A stretch of DNA of 64,000 bases from an uncultured Candidatus Saccharibacteria bacterium (lineage in GTDB: Bacteria > Patescibacteriota > Saccharimonadia > Saccharimonadales > CAIOMD01): NCBI GenBank assembly GCA_964566135.1, contig CAZMHM010000003.1, forward strand, positions 79,856 through 143,855. Direction: 5' to 3'. This document shows positions 45,892 through 55,363 of this stretch, piece after piece. How positions within the stretch are numbered: position 1 is the stretch's first letter; every line of letters begins with the position of its first letter. A program made the position numbers and the translations under genes. The notes below the pieces were generated by a model. The model saw nothing but the letters and a program-made list of their open reading frames with translations. It searched no databases and was not told the origin of the DNA.

Positions 45892-45934
45892 ATGGGGTTG
45901 ATTATACTCGGATGGAGTATACTAGTCCAAGAAT

Positions 45935-46999
45935 ATGTTATCTAAAAAAGCTAAGCTGATTATAAATATCATCACGCTTATCGCCCTTGGCGTGTTGTTA
46001 TACGTGTCTTGGCCGCAGATAACCAATGGCCTAAAAGAGATTGGTGGCGCCAAATGGGAGATTATCTTTTTAATGATTCCTATGCAGCTGCTTAACTATT
46101 ATGCTGTTGCAGAACTCTACAGGAGCTATTTTAAACAGAGTGGGGATGTACTTGGTCGTATGACCATGTATAAAATTGCACTCGAACTTAATTTTGTGAA
46201 TCATGTGTTTCCGAGTGGAGGTGTAGCAGGATTTTCGTACCTAAGTTTGCGCTTGCGAAGGCATGGTATCGCCGTGTCACGCACCACGCTCGCCCAGGCA
46301 ATGCGGTTTGCACTTACGTTTATTAGCTTTTTGATTTTGCTGTTCATTGGTCTGTTTTTCTTAAGTTTTGGTAGCGGTACAAGTGGCGGCGGCATCGCGT
46401 TATATATTGGGTTATCAATAGCGTTTATCACTTTGTTTGGCACGATGGTTGGCGTGTATATTATTAGCGATTCAAAGCGTATTAAAGGCTTTACTGCTTT
46501 TTTGCCGAAACTGGCGAACAGTGTTTTAACACCATTTACCAAGCGCAAAAATACAATTGATATCGAAAAAATCGAAAAAACGTTCGAAGATTTACACAAA
46601 GATTACACTGCAATTTCTAAAGATTGGCGCAAATTAAAAGTGCCGTTTATTTGGGCGCTCGTGATTAATGCAACAGAGATAGCAACTGCATATTTGGCAT
46701 ACATAGCGCTTGGCCATTTGGTGAATCCGGGTGCGGTGATTTTGGCGTATGCTGTGGCGAGTTTTGCAGGTTTGATTGCCATTTTGCCTGGTGGTATTGG
46801 TGTGTACGAGGCACTCATGACTGCCACACTAACAAGTGCCGGCGTTCCAAAGGCTTTGGCGCTTTCTGCGACGCTTGTGTACCGCATATTTACAATGATT
46901 ATCTTTTTGCCAATTGGTTTTATTTTGTACCAAATGGCGCTACGCAAAGGTGATGCGGAGGTACCGACAATTGAATCCGGAATTAGTTCTAAGTCCTAG
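45935..46999 (+). CDS. Flippase-like membrane protein (LPG_synthase_TM / UPF0104 family)
   Basis: About 8 TM segments. The C-terminal motif LPGGIGVYEALM is typical of the family. Confidence 0.75.
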   Translation: MLSKKAKLIINIITLIALGVLLYVSWPQITNGLKEIGGAKWEIIFLMIPMQLLNYYAVAELYRSYFKQSGDVLGRMTMYKIALELNFVNHVFPSGGVAGFSYLSLRLRRHGIAVSRTTLAQAMRFALTFISFLILLFIGLFFLSFGSGTSGGGIALYIGLSIAFITLFGTMVGVYIISDSKRIKGFTAFLPKLANSVLTPFTKRKNTIDIEKIEKTFEDLHKDYTAISKDWRKLKVPFIWALVINATEIATAYLAYIALGHLVNPGAVILAYAVASFAGLIAILPGGIGVYEALMTATLTSAGVPKALALSATLVYRIFTMIIFLPIGFILYQMALRKGDAEVPTIESGISSKS

Positions 47000-48113
47000 C
47001 GATTTTGTAGCAATTGCGAACCAGACGCTAGAATACGCGTTTGGGCTAGCCAGCATAGAAGGCGAGCTTTCAAATTTTCGTATTAGTAAAAATAAGTGGG
47101 TGTACTTTGATCTTAAAGACGAGCTCGCAAAAGTAAGCTGTTTTGCTAGTGTGTACGCACTGCCTGGGCCACTAGAAGATGGCATGATGGTAAAAATTAC
47201 TGGCCAACCGCGGTTGCACCCGCAGTTTGGTTTTAGCGTTACCGTACAAACCATTCAGCCAAGTGGCGAAGGTTCGATTAAAAAAGCATTTGAACTTTTA
47301 AAAGCTAAACTAACGGCCGAAGGTTTGTTTGATGAATCGCGCAAACGGTATTTGCCACATCCACCTGCTAGGATTGCACTTGTTACGTCAATCGAATCAG
47401 CCGCGTATGCTGATTTTATAAAGATTATTTCGGCCAGGTGGCCATTTGTGACCATCGATACGTACGATGTACAAGTGCAGGGCGAGCCAGCCCCGGCACA
47501 ACTTGCGGCTGCACTCGCTGCGGCCAATACCGAGGCTAATCTTGCGGATGTTGTGGTTGTTACCAGGGGTGGCGGTAGCGCAGACGATCTTTCGGCGTTT
47601 AATGACGAACGAGTTGTACGTGCCGTTGCTGCTAGTCGCATTCCGACACTAGTTGCAATAGGCCATGAAATAGACGAGAGCCTTGCAGAGCTTGCTGCCG
47701 ATAAACGCGCGAGTACGCCGAGTAACGCGGCTGAGCTATTAGTTCCCGACAGAAAGACCGAGCTTGCCGCGGTTGGTCAGTTAAAGGTACAGCTCATGAC
47801 GGTACTTAAGCAGGCAGTAAGTACCGAACGACAGAATATGGGCTATCTTAAAACAGCACTTGCGAGGCAAGTGCAGAGCGTACTAGAAGACGCGCGACAC
47901 GATATAGCGACCACCCGTAGCTTACTACAGGCATATAATCCGCAACATGTTTTGCAGCGCGGGTATGCTCTTGTACGGCGTAACGAACTAGTCGTGCGTA
48001 GCGTAGGGCAATTAACTGTTGGTGACGCAGTTACGGTGCGTCTGAGTGATGGCGTGATAGAAGCGAATATAACAGGGGTAAAAACTACTAATAAGGAGCA
48101 AAACTATGCCTAA
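46971..48113 (+). CDS. xseA: Exodeoxyribonuclease VII large subunit
   Basis: OB-fold N-terminus. Motifs TRGGGSADDL and IGHEIDESL..ADKRASTPSNAAE are present. I prefer TTG 46971, with GGAGGT 8 nt upstream. ATG 46953 and the track start at 46914 are alternatives, and all three overlap the upstream gene. Confidence 0.85.
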   Translation: MNPELVLSPSDFVAIANQTLEYAFGLASIEGELSNFRISKNKWVYFDLKDELAKVSCFASVYALPGPLEDGMMVKITGQPRLHPQFGFSVTVQTIQPSGEGSIKKAFELLKAKLTAEGLFDESRKRYLPHPPARIALVTSIESAAYADFIKIISARWPFVTIDTYDVQVQGEPAPAQLAAALAAANTEANLADVVVVTRGGGSADDLSAFNDERVVRAVAASRIPTLVAIGHEIDESLAELAADKRASTPSNAAELLVPDRKTELAAVGQLKVQLMTVLKQAVSTERQNMGYLKTALARQVQSVLEDARHDIATTRSLLQAYNPQHVLQRGYALVRRNELVVRSVGQLTVGDAVTVRLSDGVIEANITGVKTTNKEQNYA

Positions 48114-48306
48114 AAAAGAATTTGATTATAAAAAAACCCGAGCCGAACTAGACGAACTGCTCGCTTGGTTCGAAAGCGCCGATGTGTCAGTAGACGAGGC
48201 AATTGGTAAATATCAACGGGCTGAAGTATTACTTGCAGAGCTCGAGGCGTATTTAGCTGATACACAAGCAAAAATTGAGCAACTAACCAAAAAAGTTACC
48301 GGCTAG
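48106..48306 (+). CDS. xseB: Exodeoxyribonuclease VII small subunit
   Basis: 66 aa and helical (LDELLAWFES..VSVDEAIGKYQRAEVLL). It overlaps xseA by 8 nt. Confidence 0.85.
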   Translation: MPKKEFDYKKTRAELDELLAWFESADVSVDEAIGKYQRAEVLLAELEAYLADTQAKIEQLTKKVTG

Positions 48307-48309
48307 TAC

Positions 48310-48798
48310 GTGATTTGGTTAGGTGTATTTATTGGGCTTATCATTTGCTTCGCAGGAGTATTGCTGTTTGGTGCACCATATGTGCCGACACTCAAAAAGC
48401 AGCAACACGATGCGCTTGATTTGCTAGCGCTACAACCCGGGCAGACACTGATAGAACTCGGTTCGGGTGATGGTCGTATGCTTCGCGCAGCGGCAGCGCG
48501 GGGAATACAGGCAGTCGGTTACGAACTCAACCCAATTCTTGTACTTGTGTCGTACCTAGTGTGCTTTAAATATCGCAAGAATATTAGTATTCACTGGGGT
48601 AACTTTTGGGCAAAAGAATGGCCGCCAACAGATGCAATATACGTATTCTTACTTGATAAATATATGAATACATTGGATAAAAAAGTTGCACAACAATATA
48701 AAGGTAAACGCGTCAAACTTGTGAGTTACGCGTTTACTATTCCAGGCAAAAAGCCTGCTAAATCGTCACAGGCTCTCTATTTGTATGAATATAAATAA
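48310..48798 (+). CDS. Small class I SAM-dependent methyltransferase with an N-terminal hydrophobic segment
   Basis: GTG start. Motif I LIELGSGDGRML is present, with an acidic residue after beta-2 (GYELN). Confidence 0.7.
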   Translation: MIWLGVFIGLIICFAGVLLFGAPYVPTLKKQQHDALDLLALQPGQTLIELGSGDGRMLRAAAARGIQAVGYELNPILVLVSYLVCFKYRKNISIHWGNFWAKEWPPTDAIYVFLLDKYMNTLDKKVAQQYKGKRVKLVSYAFTIPGKKPAKSSQALYLYEYK

Positions 48799-48839
48799 GC
48801 GCTGCATGCAACTTACAACTACCAACAATGCGCTAAATT

Positions 48840-48848
48840 TGTTAGCAT
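48840..48848 (+). promoter_or_regulatory. Extended -10-like TGTTAGCAT, 7 nt upstream of ATG 48856 (leaderless geometry)
   Basis: TGT plus TAGCAT (48843-48848), then the gap 48849-48855. Confidence 0.4.
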
Positions 48849-48855
48849 AAGAGCA

Positions 48856-49590
48856 ATGCCACCTAACACTAACCCACAATACCCACAGCAACCGCAGTTC
48901 CCACCTCAGAATCCAGGGCTGCAACCAGCACCGCAATTACCCAGCAGTAAACCCCCGGTTGGTTTTATTCTTGGGCTTGCTGTAACAATTCTATTGTTAG
49001 TTGCAGCACTTGTGTTTGGGTTTTGGGCATATGGCCAGATGCAAGATTATAAAAATAACAGTGATAAAAAAGCAGCTGCGGCAGTTGTAACGGCTAACGA
49101 AAAGCAGAAAAAAGATTTAGAAGCTCAATTTGCCGAACAAGAAAAATCGCCACTTAAAACATATACAAGCCCTAATCAGTTCGCGAGTGTTAAGATTGTG
49201 TATCCAAAAACATGGAGTGCATACGTTGTTGAACAAACTGATGGCGCCAATCCATTAGATGGTTATTTTGCACCAGGGTTTGTCCCGAACACACAAGGCA
49301 AAAACAATTTTGCGTTACGAATGCAATACACCTCGACACCATACACATCCGTGTTGCAGCAATATTCTGCCGCTACCCAAGCGGGAACGGTAAAAGTAAG
49401 TGCATATACGCCAGAGCAAGTTAAGGGTGCGACTGCCGGCGTTAAGTTAACGGGGCAATTAGAGCCACAAAAATCAGGCACGATGATTATTGTTCCCATT
49501 CGAGATAAGACGCTTAAAATCTGGACAGAAACAGATAGTGCGCTTGGCGATTTCAACACGGTACTCAAGAATCTTACATTCTCGCCATAA
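48856..49590 (+). CDS. Membrane-anchored protein with a Pro/Gln-rich N-terminus, function unknown
   Basis: The N-terminus reads PPNTNPQYPQQPQFPPQNPGLQPAPQLP. One TM segment follows, then a ~170-aa extracytoplasmic domain. Confidence 0.6.
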   Translation: MPPNTNPQYPQQPQFPPQNPGLQPAPQLPSSKPPVGFILGLAVTILLLVAALVFGFWAYGQMQDYKNNSDKKAAAAVVTANEKQKKDLEAQFAEQEKSPLKTYTSPNQFASVKIVYPKTWSAYVVEQTDGANPLDGYFAPGFVPNTQGKNNFALRMQYTSTPYTSVLQQYSAATQAGTVKVSAYTPEQVKGATAGVKLTGQLEPQKSGTMIIVPIRDKTLKIWTETDSALGDFNTVLKNLTFSP

Positions 49591-49621
49591 GTTACTCGTG
49601 CTATACTAGATACAAGAAGGT

Positions 49622-50347
49622 ATGGCAAAGAAACAGAGGGTAGTTTTGGCTAATACAGATAATGCAGCCGCAATTGGGCTCAAACAGGTATCTCCGCTTT
49701 TGTATGATTTGCAAACAAGGTTTTTGCAGGTTCGTGCACTCGCCGAGGCATCAAAAGGCGATAAAACATCGTTACGTGAAATTCAGCTACTAAGCAAGCA
49801 TGCGTTAGTGACGCTTGATTACGCGTTGTTTGCAGTTGATGCGCTGCAAACAGAATTACCATTAACGTCGGTATCTACCGCAGCCGCTGCCCAGGATGTT
49901 GCCCAAGATTTGTGGCAAATTTCAAAATCATACGGTATTGAACTTGAACTTGATATTACAAAGAGGCTTGAACCTGTCTACGCGAATGAGGCCGCGCTAA
50001 AGGGTGCGCTATTTGGCTTAGTATCAAGCCTGATTATTTCGCAAAAACCGAGTGATAAAAAACTACGATTTATTATTGCTGCCCAGCAAACAGCGCCTAA
50101 GACGCAACGTCTTGGTGTGTATTCGCCAGATGGTGTCATTAGCGCTAACGCCGTTAAGCAGGCTCGTCGTTTATCTGGTACAGCACGTTCGGCAGCGCCG
50201 AGCGAGCTTCATAATTCTGGGTTAGGTCTGGTGGTTTCCGATCAACTAACACAGGCGCTTGGCAGCGAGCTACAGCGCTTTACGCATCGTAAACAAAAGG
50301 GCATTGGGTTTTATTTGCCGATGTCTGCTCAGCTCAGCTTCTTGTAG
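49622..50347 (+). CDS. Soluble, degenerate histidine-kinase-like protein (DHp-like helix plus HATPase-like domain lacking the N-box Asn)
   Basis: A G2-like box (NSGLGLVVSDQL) and a kinase-like C-terminal end (KGIGFYLPM) are present. A possible H-box remnant is LLSKHALVTLD. No TM or sensor domain is present. The assignment is tentative. Confidence 0.5.
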   Translation: MAKKQRVVLANTDNAAAIGLKQVSPLLYDLQTRFLQVRALAEASKGDKTSLREIQLLSKHALVTLDYALFAVDALQTELPLTSVSTAAAAQDVAQDLWQISKSYGIELELDITKRLEPVYANEAALKGALFGLVSSLIISQKPSDKKLRFIIAAQQTAPKTQRLGVYSPDGVISANAVKQARRLSGTARSAAPSELHNSGLGLVVSDQLTQALGSELQRFTHRKQKGIGFYLPMSAQLSFL

Positions 50348-50361
50348 GTTAGGGTACAACC

Positions 50362-50739
50362 ATGAAAGCACTCATTATCGAGCCAGATGTTATTTTGGCT
50401 AAACAGTATAAAAAAGCCTTTGATGCTGCTGGTATAGAAACGACACTTACCAGTGATGCTCAGGCAGCGGTAATCGCTGTCGACGAAACAAAGCCAGACG
50501 TCATTATTTTGGAACTCCAACTTGCCAGCCACAGCGGGGTAGAATTTTTGCATGAATTTAGAAGTTACGAAGATTGGGCAGATATCCCTGTAATTATTCA
50601 TAGTTGTGTACCAGAATACGCACTTGGGTCTGACCCAAAAGTCTGGAAACAACTAGGCGTTGTACGGTATTTTTATAAACCTAAAACTAGTTTGCAGCAG
50701 TTGGTGGGTGCCGCAAAGAGCACCGTCGATGGCGTATAG
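50362..50739 (+). CDS. Atypical receiver domain (phospho-acceptor position is Glu)
   Basis: It aligns by eye to the CheY fold. IIEPD replaces the acidic pocket and VIILELQL replaces ...LD... The conserved S (IIHS) and K (YFYKP) are retained. No output domain. Confidence 0.7.
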   Translation: MKALIIEPDVILAKQYKKAFDAAGIETTLTSDAQAAVIAVDETKPDVIILELQLASHSGVEFLHEFRSYEDWADIPVIIHSCVPEYALGSDPKVWKQLGVVRYFYKPKTSLQQLVGAAKSTVDGV

Positions 50740-51421
50740 AGAAGCAAATAACACCCAAGGTATTGTGCTGGCACGTACCAATTATGCCGAGGCAGACCGA
50801 ATTGTCACCATGTTAACGCGTGATTTTGGTAAAGTCCGCGTAATTGCAAAAGGCGTGCGTAAGGAAAAAAGTAAGCTTGCCGGCGGCATAGAACTCTTTA
50901 GTGTCAGCGATATTGGTTTTGTACCAGGCAAAGGCGAACTTGCAACACTCACAAGTTCACGTCTTATTACGCATTACGACAAATTTTTATACGATTTGGC
51001 AAAAGTAGACTTTGTGTACAACGCATTAAAACTTGTTCATAAATTTACAACCGATGATGCGGGTGAGGAATATTTTATTTTAGTGCAGCAATTATTTATT
51101 GCCATGAACGAACCTCGGCTGAGTATCGAAGCGGTCAGCGTGTGGTGGTATGTACAGCTGAGCAATGTCACCGGCCATGCAATTAATTTAGAATCAACCA
51201 GTGATGGCGAACCGTTTAGCGATGGCCAAACCTATGTATTTGATAGTGAGCATGCGGGTTTTACGGTGAGCGAAAATGGCTCGTTAACTCCAAACCATGT
51301 AAAGTTTATGCGTTTAGCGTTATTGCATGGTCCATTGATGCTTGGCAATGTGCAGGGTGGAGTGCTGTTAGCCTCAGACTTAGCGCCATACTTAAAAACC
51401 TTTGTCGAATACCAGTTTTAA
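50729..51421 (+). CDS. recO: DNA repair protein RecO
   Basis: GIVLARTNYAEADRIVTMLTRDFGKVRVIAKGVRKEKSKLAGGIELFS is the RecO OB-fold signature. I prefer ATG 50729. The track start at 50660 runs deep into the upstream gene. Confidence 0.85.
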   Translation: MAYREANNTQGIVLARTNYAEADRIVTMLTRDFGKVRVIAKGVRKEKSKLAGGIELFSVSDIGFVPGKGELATLTSSRLITHYDKFLYDLAKVDFVYNALKLVHKFTTDDAGEEYFILVQQLFIAMNEPRLSIEAVSVWWYVQLSNVTGHAINLESTSDGEPFSDGQTYVFDSEHAGFTVSENGSLTPNHVKFMRLALLHGPLMLGNVQGGVLLASDLAPYLKTFVEYQF

Positions 51422-51444
51422 AGCACAGGGTTTATACTTTAGCT

Positions 51445-52110
51445 ATGAATGTACTTATTGTTGGCGGAACTTCTGGCCTAGGCTTAGAACTTGCGCATTT
51501 ATATGCTCGCGATAAACATCATGTGATCGTAACGGGTAGGCGAGACCCAAAAGACTCGCAACTCGAGTTTCAAAAACTACCTTTAACCCATACTGATAAT
51601 CTTGCGCGAGATATTGAATCATTTGTTGGTACGTTGCCAAAAATTGATGTGTTGGTTTATGCGGCAGGCTTCTATCAAGAGGGCACTGTAACCGAATTAT
51701 CCGAAGATCAAATTAATGAAATGTTTGATGTCGGCATACATGCGCCGGTTTGGTTTGTTCGTGAGATATTGCAACAACAGGGTGACATCGACACATTTGT
51801 TGCTGTGACATCAACCAGTCAATGGACGCCACGATTAAAAGAACCAATATATACGGCCACAAAAGCTGGCCTCGGGCACTTTGCAAATTCAGTTAGTTTA
51901 GACCCACGAGTTAAAAAGACGTTAGTGGTTGGCCCGGCGGGTATGAGTACTCGTTTTTGGCATATGACAGGCCAAGATCAGAGCGGCTATAATTCAGCAT
52001 CTTGGGTGGCTGCTGAAATTTATGAGGCACTTGCGCCGGATTACTCGTATGCATTCATTCGATTATTACGTGATCCAGCTCGTGCCGAAGTTGTCGAAAC
52101 AAGGCAATAA
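51445..52110 (+). CDS. Short-chain dehydrogenase/reductase (SDR) family oxidoreductase
   Basis: The cofactor motif VGGTSGLG and the catalytic YxxxK (YTATKAG) are present. TATACT (51433-51438) lies 6 nt upstream of the ATG. Confidence 0.85.
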   Translation: MNVLIVGGTSGLGLELAHLYARDKHHVIVTGRRDPKDSQLEFQKLPLTHTDNLARDIESFVGTLPKIDVLVYAAGFYQEGTVTELSEDQINEMFDVGIHAPVWFVREILQQQGDIDTFVAVTSTSQWTPRLKEPIYTATKAGLGHFANSVSLDPRVKKTLVVGPAGMSTRFWHMTGQDQSGYNSASWVAAEIYEALAPDYSYAFIRLLRDPARAEVVETRQ

Positions 52111-52111
52111 T

Positions 52112-52510
52112 ATGACTAAAACTGTTGCAATTGCGGGTAGTGCTAGCCTACAGAGTCAGACTGAGAAGTGGAAGTCTTATTTTGACGCAAAAGGGTACCA
52201 GGTAATTGCAAGTCCACAAAAATTAAAAGATGTAACGCGTGAGTATCCTGGTGCATTAGTAGATTTTTTTAATACAATTGATGCCGTAGATATTTTGTTT
52301 GTCATGAATGAAGATAAAAATGATATTAATGGCTACATTGGCCCAGCTGTATTTGCAGAAACTTGCCACGTGATTGCCAGAAATCAACAGGGAGTTTCTA
52401 AAACCGAGGTTATTTTTTGCAAAAAACCTTCTGCAGATGTTGCGTGCTACGAAGAAGTGAGTTTATGGCTTGAGTATGGTTGGGCTAAAGTAATGCAAGA
52501 TACTGTATAA
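52112..52510 (+). CDS. Hypothetical 132-aa protein (possibly a nucleoside 2-deoxyribosyltransferase-like fold)
   Basis: ATG 52112 lies directly after the SDR stop. The track start at 52022 overlaps the SDR gene. The fold guess is weak. Confidence 0.55.
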   Translation: MTKTVAIAGSASLQSQTEKWKSYFDAKGYQVIASPQKLKDVTREYPGALVDFFNTIDAVDILFVMNEDKNDINGYIGPAVFAETCHVIARNQQGVSKTEVIFCKKPSADVACYEEVSLWLEYGWAKVMQDTV

Positions 52511-52511
52511 T
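52506..52511 (+). promoter_or_regulatory. -10 hexamer TATAAT, 8 nt upstream of the glyQS ATG (leaderless geometry)
   Basis: The hexamer overlaps the TAA stop (52508-52510) of the upstream gene. The gap is 52512-52519 and the ATG is at 52520. Confidence 0.5.
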
Positions 52512-52519
52512 TACCCCAT

Positions 52520-54085
52520 ATGAGCAACACCGATACAAAGATGGAAGACATTGTTAGCCTGGCAAAGCGCCGCGGGTTTATTTTTCAGGGTAGCGAAGTT
52601 TACGGCGGTATCGCTGGTTTTTATGACTACGGCCCGCTAGGTGTTGCGCTAAAACGTAACATTACGAATTTGTGGTGGCGCATGTTTGTAGAATCGCGTG
52701 ACGATATGTTTGGTATCGATGCCGCGATAATTATGAACCCTAAAGTTTGGCAGGCGAGTGGCCATGTAACTACGTTCGCCGACCCTATGATTGAGTGCAT
52801 GAATTGTCAGACAAGATATAGAGCAGATAAATTCTTACCTGGATTACCAAAAACTAGTAATGATTTGCTTTGGTCTGAAAAATGGGTTGACGCTTATAGG
52901 GCTATACATGGCTTTAATGACGAGGCAGATTTGAGCAAGGCAATAAACGCGTGCGAAATATCGTTTAATGAAAAAAAGAATGTCTGTCCATCTTGTAGGA
53001 AACCAGCTGAATATTCAGAACCAGAACAGTTTAATATGATGTTTAAGACTGTTGTTGGCCCTAAATATGTTAGTTGGGACAGAAAAGTGCCGGGTGGCTT
53101 AAAAGCGCATGTTAAATTTATGAACGAAGAAGGTTCACCTGAAAAGAAGTTTGATTTAGAAGATTCGCACAGCGAGCTCGGCGGCTTCATGTTTTACGAT
53201 ACAAACTCGGTAGGTTATTTAAGGCCAGAAACTGCACAAGGTATTTTTACGAACTACAAAAACGTCGTTGATACGCTGTACCCAGATTTACCATTTGGTT
53301 TAGCACAAATTGGTAAAGCGTTTCGTAACGAAATTAGCCCGCGTGACTTTATTTTCCGCGTACGCGAACTCGAGCAAATGGAGATTGAATATTTTGTGAA
53401 CCCGAACAACTGGGAAGCCGAGTTCGAAAAATGGCGAGTTGCTGTGCATGCATGGCTCGATGCACTCGGCCTAAGTAAGGATAAAGTGCATGAACTTAAT
53501 GTAGAGGGCGACGACCTCGCGCACTACAGCAAGCGTACCATCGATTTTGAATACGATTTTCCAATTGGGCGCGAAGAACTTTTGGGCCTTGCATATCGCA
53601 CCGATTTTGACCTTGGCAATATTCAGCGAGTCAGTAGTAAAAGCATGGAATACACCGTAAAAGGTAGCAACGAACGCTTTGTGCCACATGTTATTGAGCC
53701 AAGCTTTGGTGTGGAGCGCGCGCTTATGGCAGTACTGAGCGAAGCCTATACCGAAGACGAAGTAAACGGCGAAAAGCGTGTGTACTTAAAATTGCCAGAG
53801 CACCTAGCACCAGTAAAATACTGCGTGAGCCCGTTACTTAAAAACAAGCCAGAGCTTGTTGCTAAAGCGCGCGAAGTGTACGAAGCCTTGCGCGCCAAGC
53901 ACGGAGCCGTAATGTGGGATGATAACGGCAACATTGGCAAGCGTTACCGCCGCCAAGACGAAATCGGTACACCATACTGTGTCGTAATTGATTTTGATAC
54001 GTTAGAAGATGGCACCGTAACCATCCGCGACCGCGATACCACCGAGCAGTCGCGACAAAAAATCGACGAACTACTCAGTAAATAA
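52520..54085 (+). CDS. glyQS: Glycyl-tRNA synthetase, alpha2 (GlyQS) type
   Basis: Motifs RRGFIFQGSEVYGG, FNMMFKT, LRPETAQGIF and IEPSFGVERA are present. Paired CxxC motifs (CMNC...CPSC) are present. The protein ends in an anticodon-binding domain. Confidence 0.95.
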   Translation: MSNTDTKMEDIVSLAKRRGFIFQGSEVYGGIAGFYDYGPLGVALKRNITNLWWRMFVESRDDMFGIDAAIIMNPKVWQASGHVTTFADPMIECMNCQTRYRADKFLPGLPKTSNDLLWSEKWVDAYRAIHGFNDEADLSKAINACEISFNEKKNVCPSCRKPAEYSEPEQFNMMFKTVVGPKYVSWDRKVPGGLKAHVKFMNEEGSPEKKFDLEDSHSELGGFMFYDTNSVGYLRPETAQGIFTNYKNVVDTLYPDLPFGLAQIGKAFRNEISPRDFIFRVRELEQMEIEYFVNPNNWEAEFEKWRVAVHAWLDALGLSKDKVHELNVEGDDLAHYSKRTIDFEYDFPIGREELLGLAYRTDFDLGNIQRVSSKSMEYTVKGSNERFVPHVIEPSFGVERALMAVLSEAYTEDEVNGEKRVYLKLPEHLAPVKYCVSPLLKNKPELVAKAREVYEALRAKHGAVMWDDNGNIGKRYRRQDEIGTPYCVVIDFDTLEDGTVTIRDRDTTEQSRQKIDELLSK

Positions 54086-54125
54086 TCCAGTAGTATTCGC
54101 TAAGCATTATCGCTATCATTAAGGG

Positions 54126-55316
54126 ATGACTGCTTCTTATAAAAGAAGTTTAGAAAAAAACATAGGCAAATACTCGTGGTACAAAATTTTTACCAAGCGG
54201 GTGTATTTGCCGTTGATTGCAATCCAGCTCGTAAACGTTGGTAGGGTCACGGTTGGGCAGCTGGCAATTATTGCTATGGTCACATCTATTGTTAATTTAG
54301 TACTTCAAGTACCAACCGGCTATATTGCAGACAAGTGGGGTAATAGGCGTGCAATACTCATTGGCGCATCAATCTCAGCCGTATCGCCGTTACTATATAT
54401 TTTTATGCCAAACTTCTGGGGTGGCCTTATTGCATCGGTAATGTTTTTTGGTGGCTATGTGTTTCAGAGTGGGGCAATTGAAGCATTTTTACACGACACA
54501 CTAACTGCGCTGAAACGCGAAAATCAATATGCAAAAGTTATGGGTCGTGCGCAAAGCTACGGATTGATTGGCAGTGTTGTGCTGATAATTTTGGTGCCCG
54601 CTACGTACACCATCAATAAGAACTTGCCGTTCATACTCGGGTTCTTTTCGCTGCTTACTATGTTGTTATTGGCAATGAGTTTTACATACCCAAAAGTTGC
54701 CAAAAAGAAGCAAAAGCGGCTTAACCCACTATCAGCAATAAAAAATATTGTTACCTGGCAAAACATTACGTTCTTTATGTTTGCCGGCTTTTTAGCGGGT
54801 GTTTCTAATAGGGCGGGTGAATACCGCGAGCTACTAATGCAAAATATTGGCATTGCTGTTGGCTTGTTCGGTTTGATTGTTGCGGCTAGTAGTATTGTTG
54901 GCGCTATACTTGGGCTATTCACACATCCGTTAAATAAGCTAAAACCACTGACGTTTTACATGCTCGATTTAGTCATTATGACGTCATGCCTACTGATGAT
55001 TGGTATTACCAAAAACCACATATTGGTAATCACGGGTGGGGTATTATTTTTGGGCTATAGCCGGATACGTTTGATTGTGTTCCAAGCTAAGCTACTCGAA
55101 AATCTACAGCACGCCTATAAGGCCACGCTTTTATCAGCGCTTAGTTTCTTTACGGTATTTGGCGAGATACTAGCAATTGCCGTACTAGCAAAGTGTATAG
55201 GACTTACTAATTACTCACAGGGGTATGTGCTGTTTGCGGGCTTTGTATTCGTGGTTGGGTTTGCACTGTGGACAGTCATGGCGCTCGAATCCTCAAGACG
55301 AAAGCAAATTGCTTAA
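54126..55316 (+). CDS. MFS-type transporter
   Basis: About 12 TM segments. The loop 2-3 motif GYIADKWGNRR is present. Confidence 0.8.
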   Translation: MTASYKRSLEKNIGKYSWYKIFTKRVYLPLIAIQLVNVGRVTVGQLAIIAMVTSIVNLVLQVPTGYIADKWGNRRAILIGASISAVSPLLYIFMPNFWGGLIASVMFFGGYVFQSGAIEAFLHDTLTALKRENQYAKVMGRAQSYGLIGSVVLIILVPATYTINKNLPFILGFFSLLTMLLLAMSFTYPKVAKKKQKRLNPLSAIKNIVTWQNITFFMFAGFLAGVSNRAGEYRELLMQNIGIAVGLFGLIVAASSIVGAILGLFTHPLNKLKPLTFYMLDLVIMTSCLLMIGITKNHILVITGGVLFLGYSRIRLIVFQAKLLENLQHAYKATLLSALSFFTVFGEILAIAVLAKCIGLTNYSQGYVLFAGFVFVVGFALWTVMALESSRRKQIA

Positions 55317-55363
55317 ATGTTTGTGCTTGCAACTAATTGGCAAGCAATAAATACTTATTAGCA

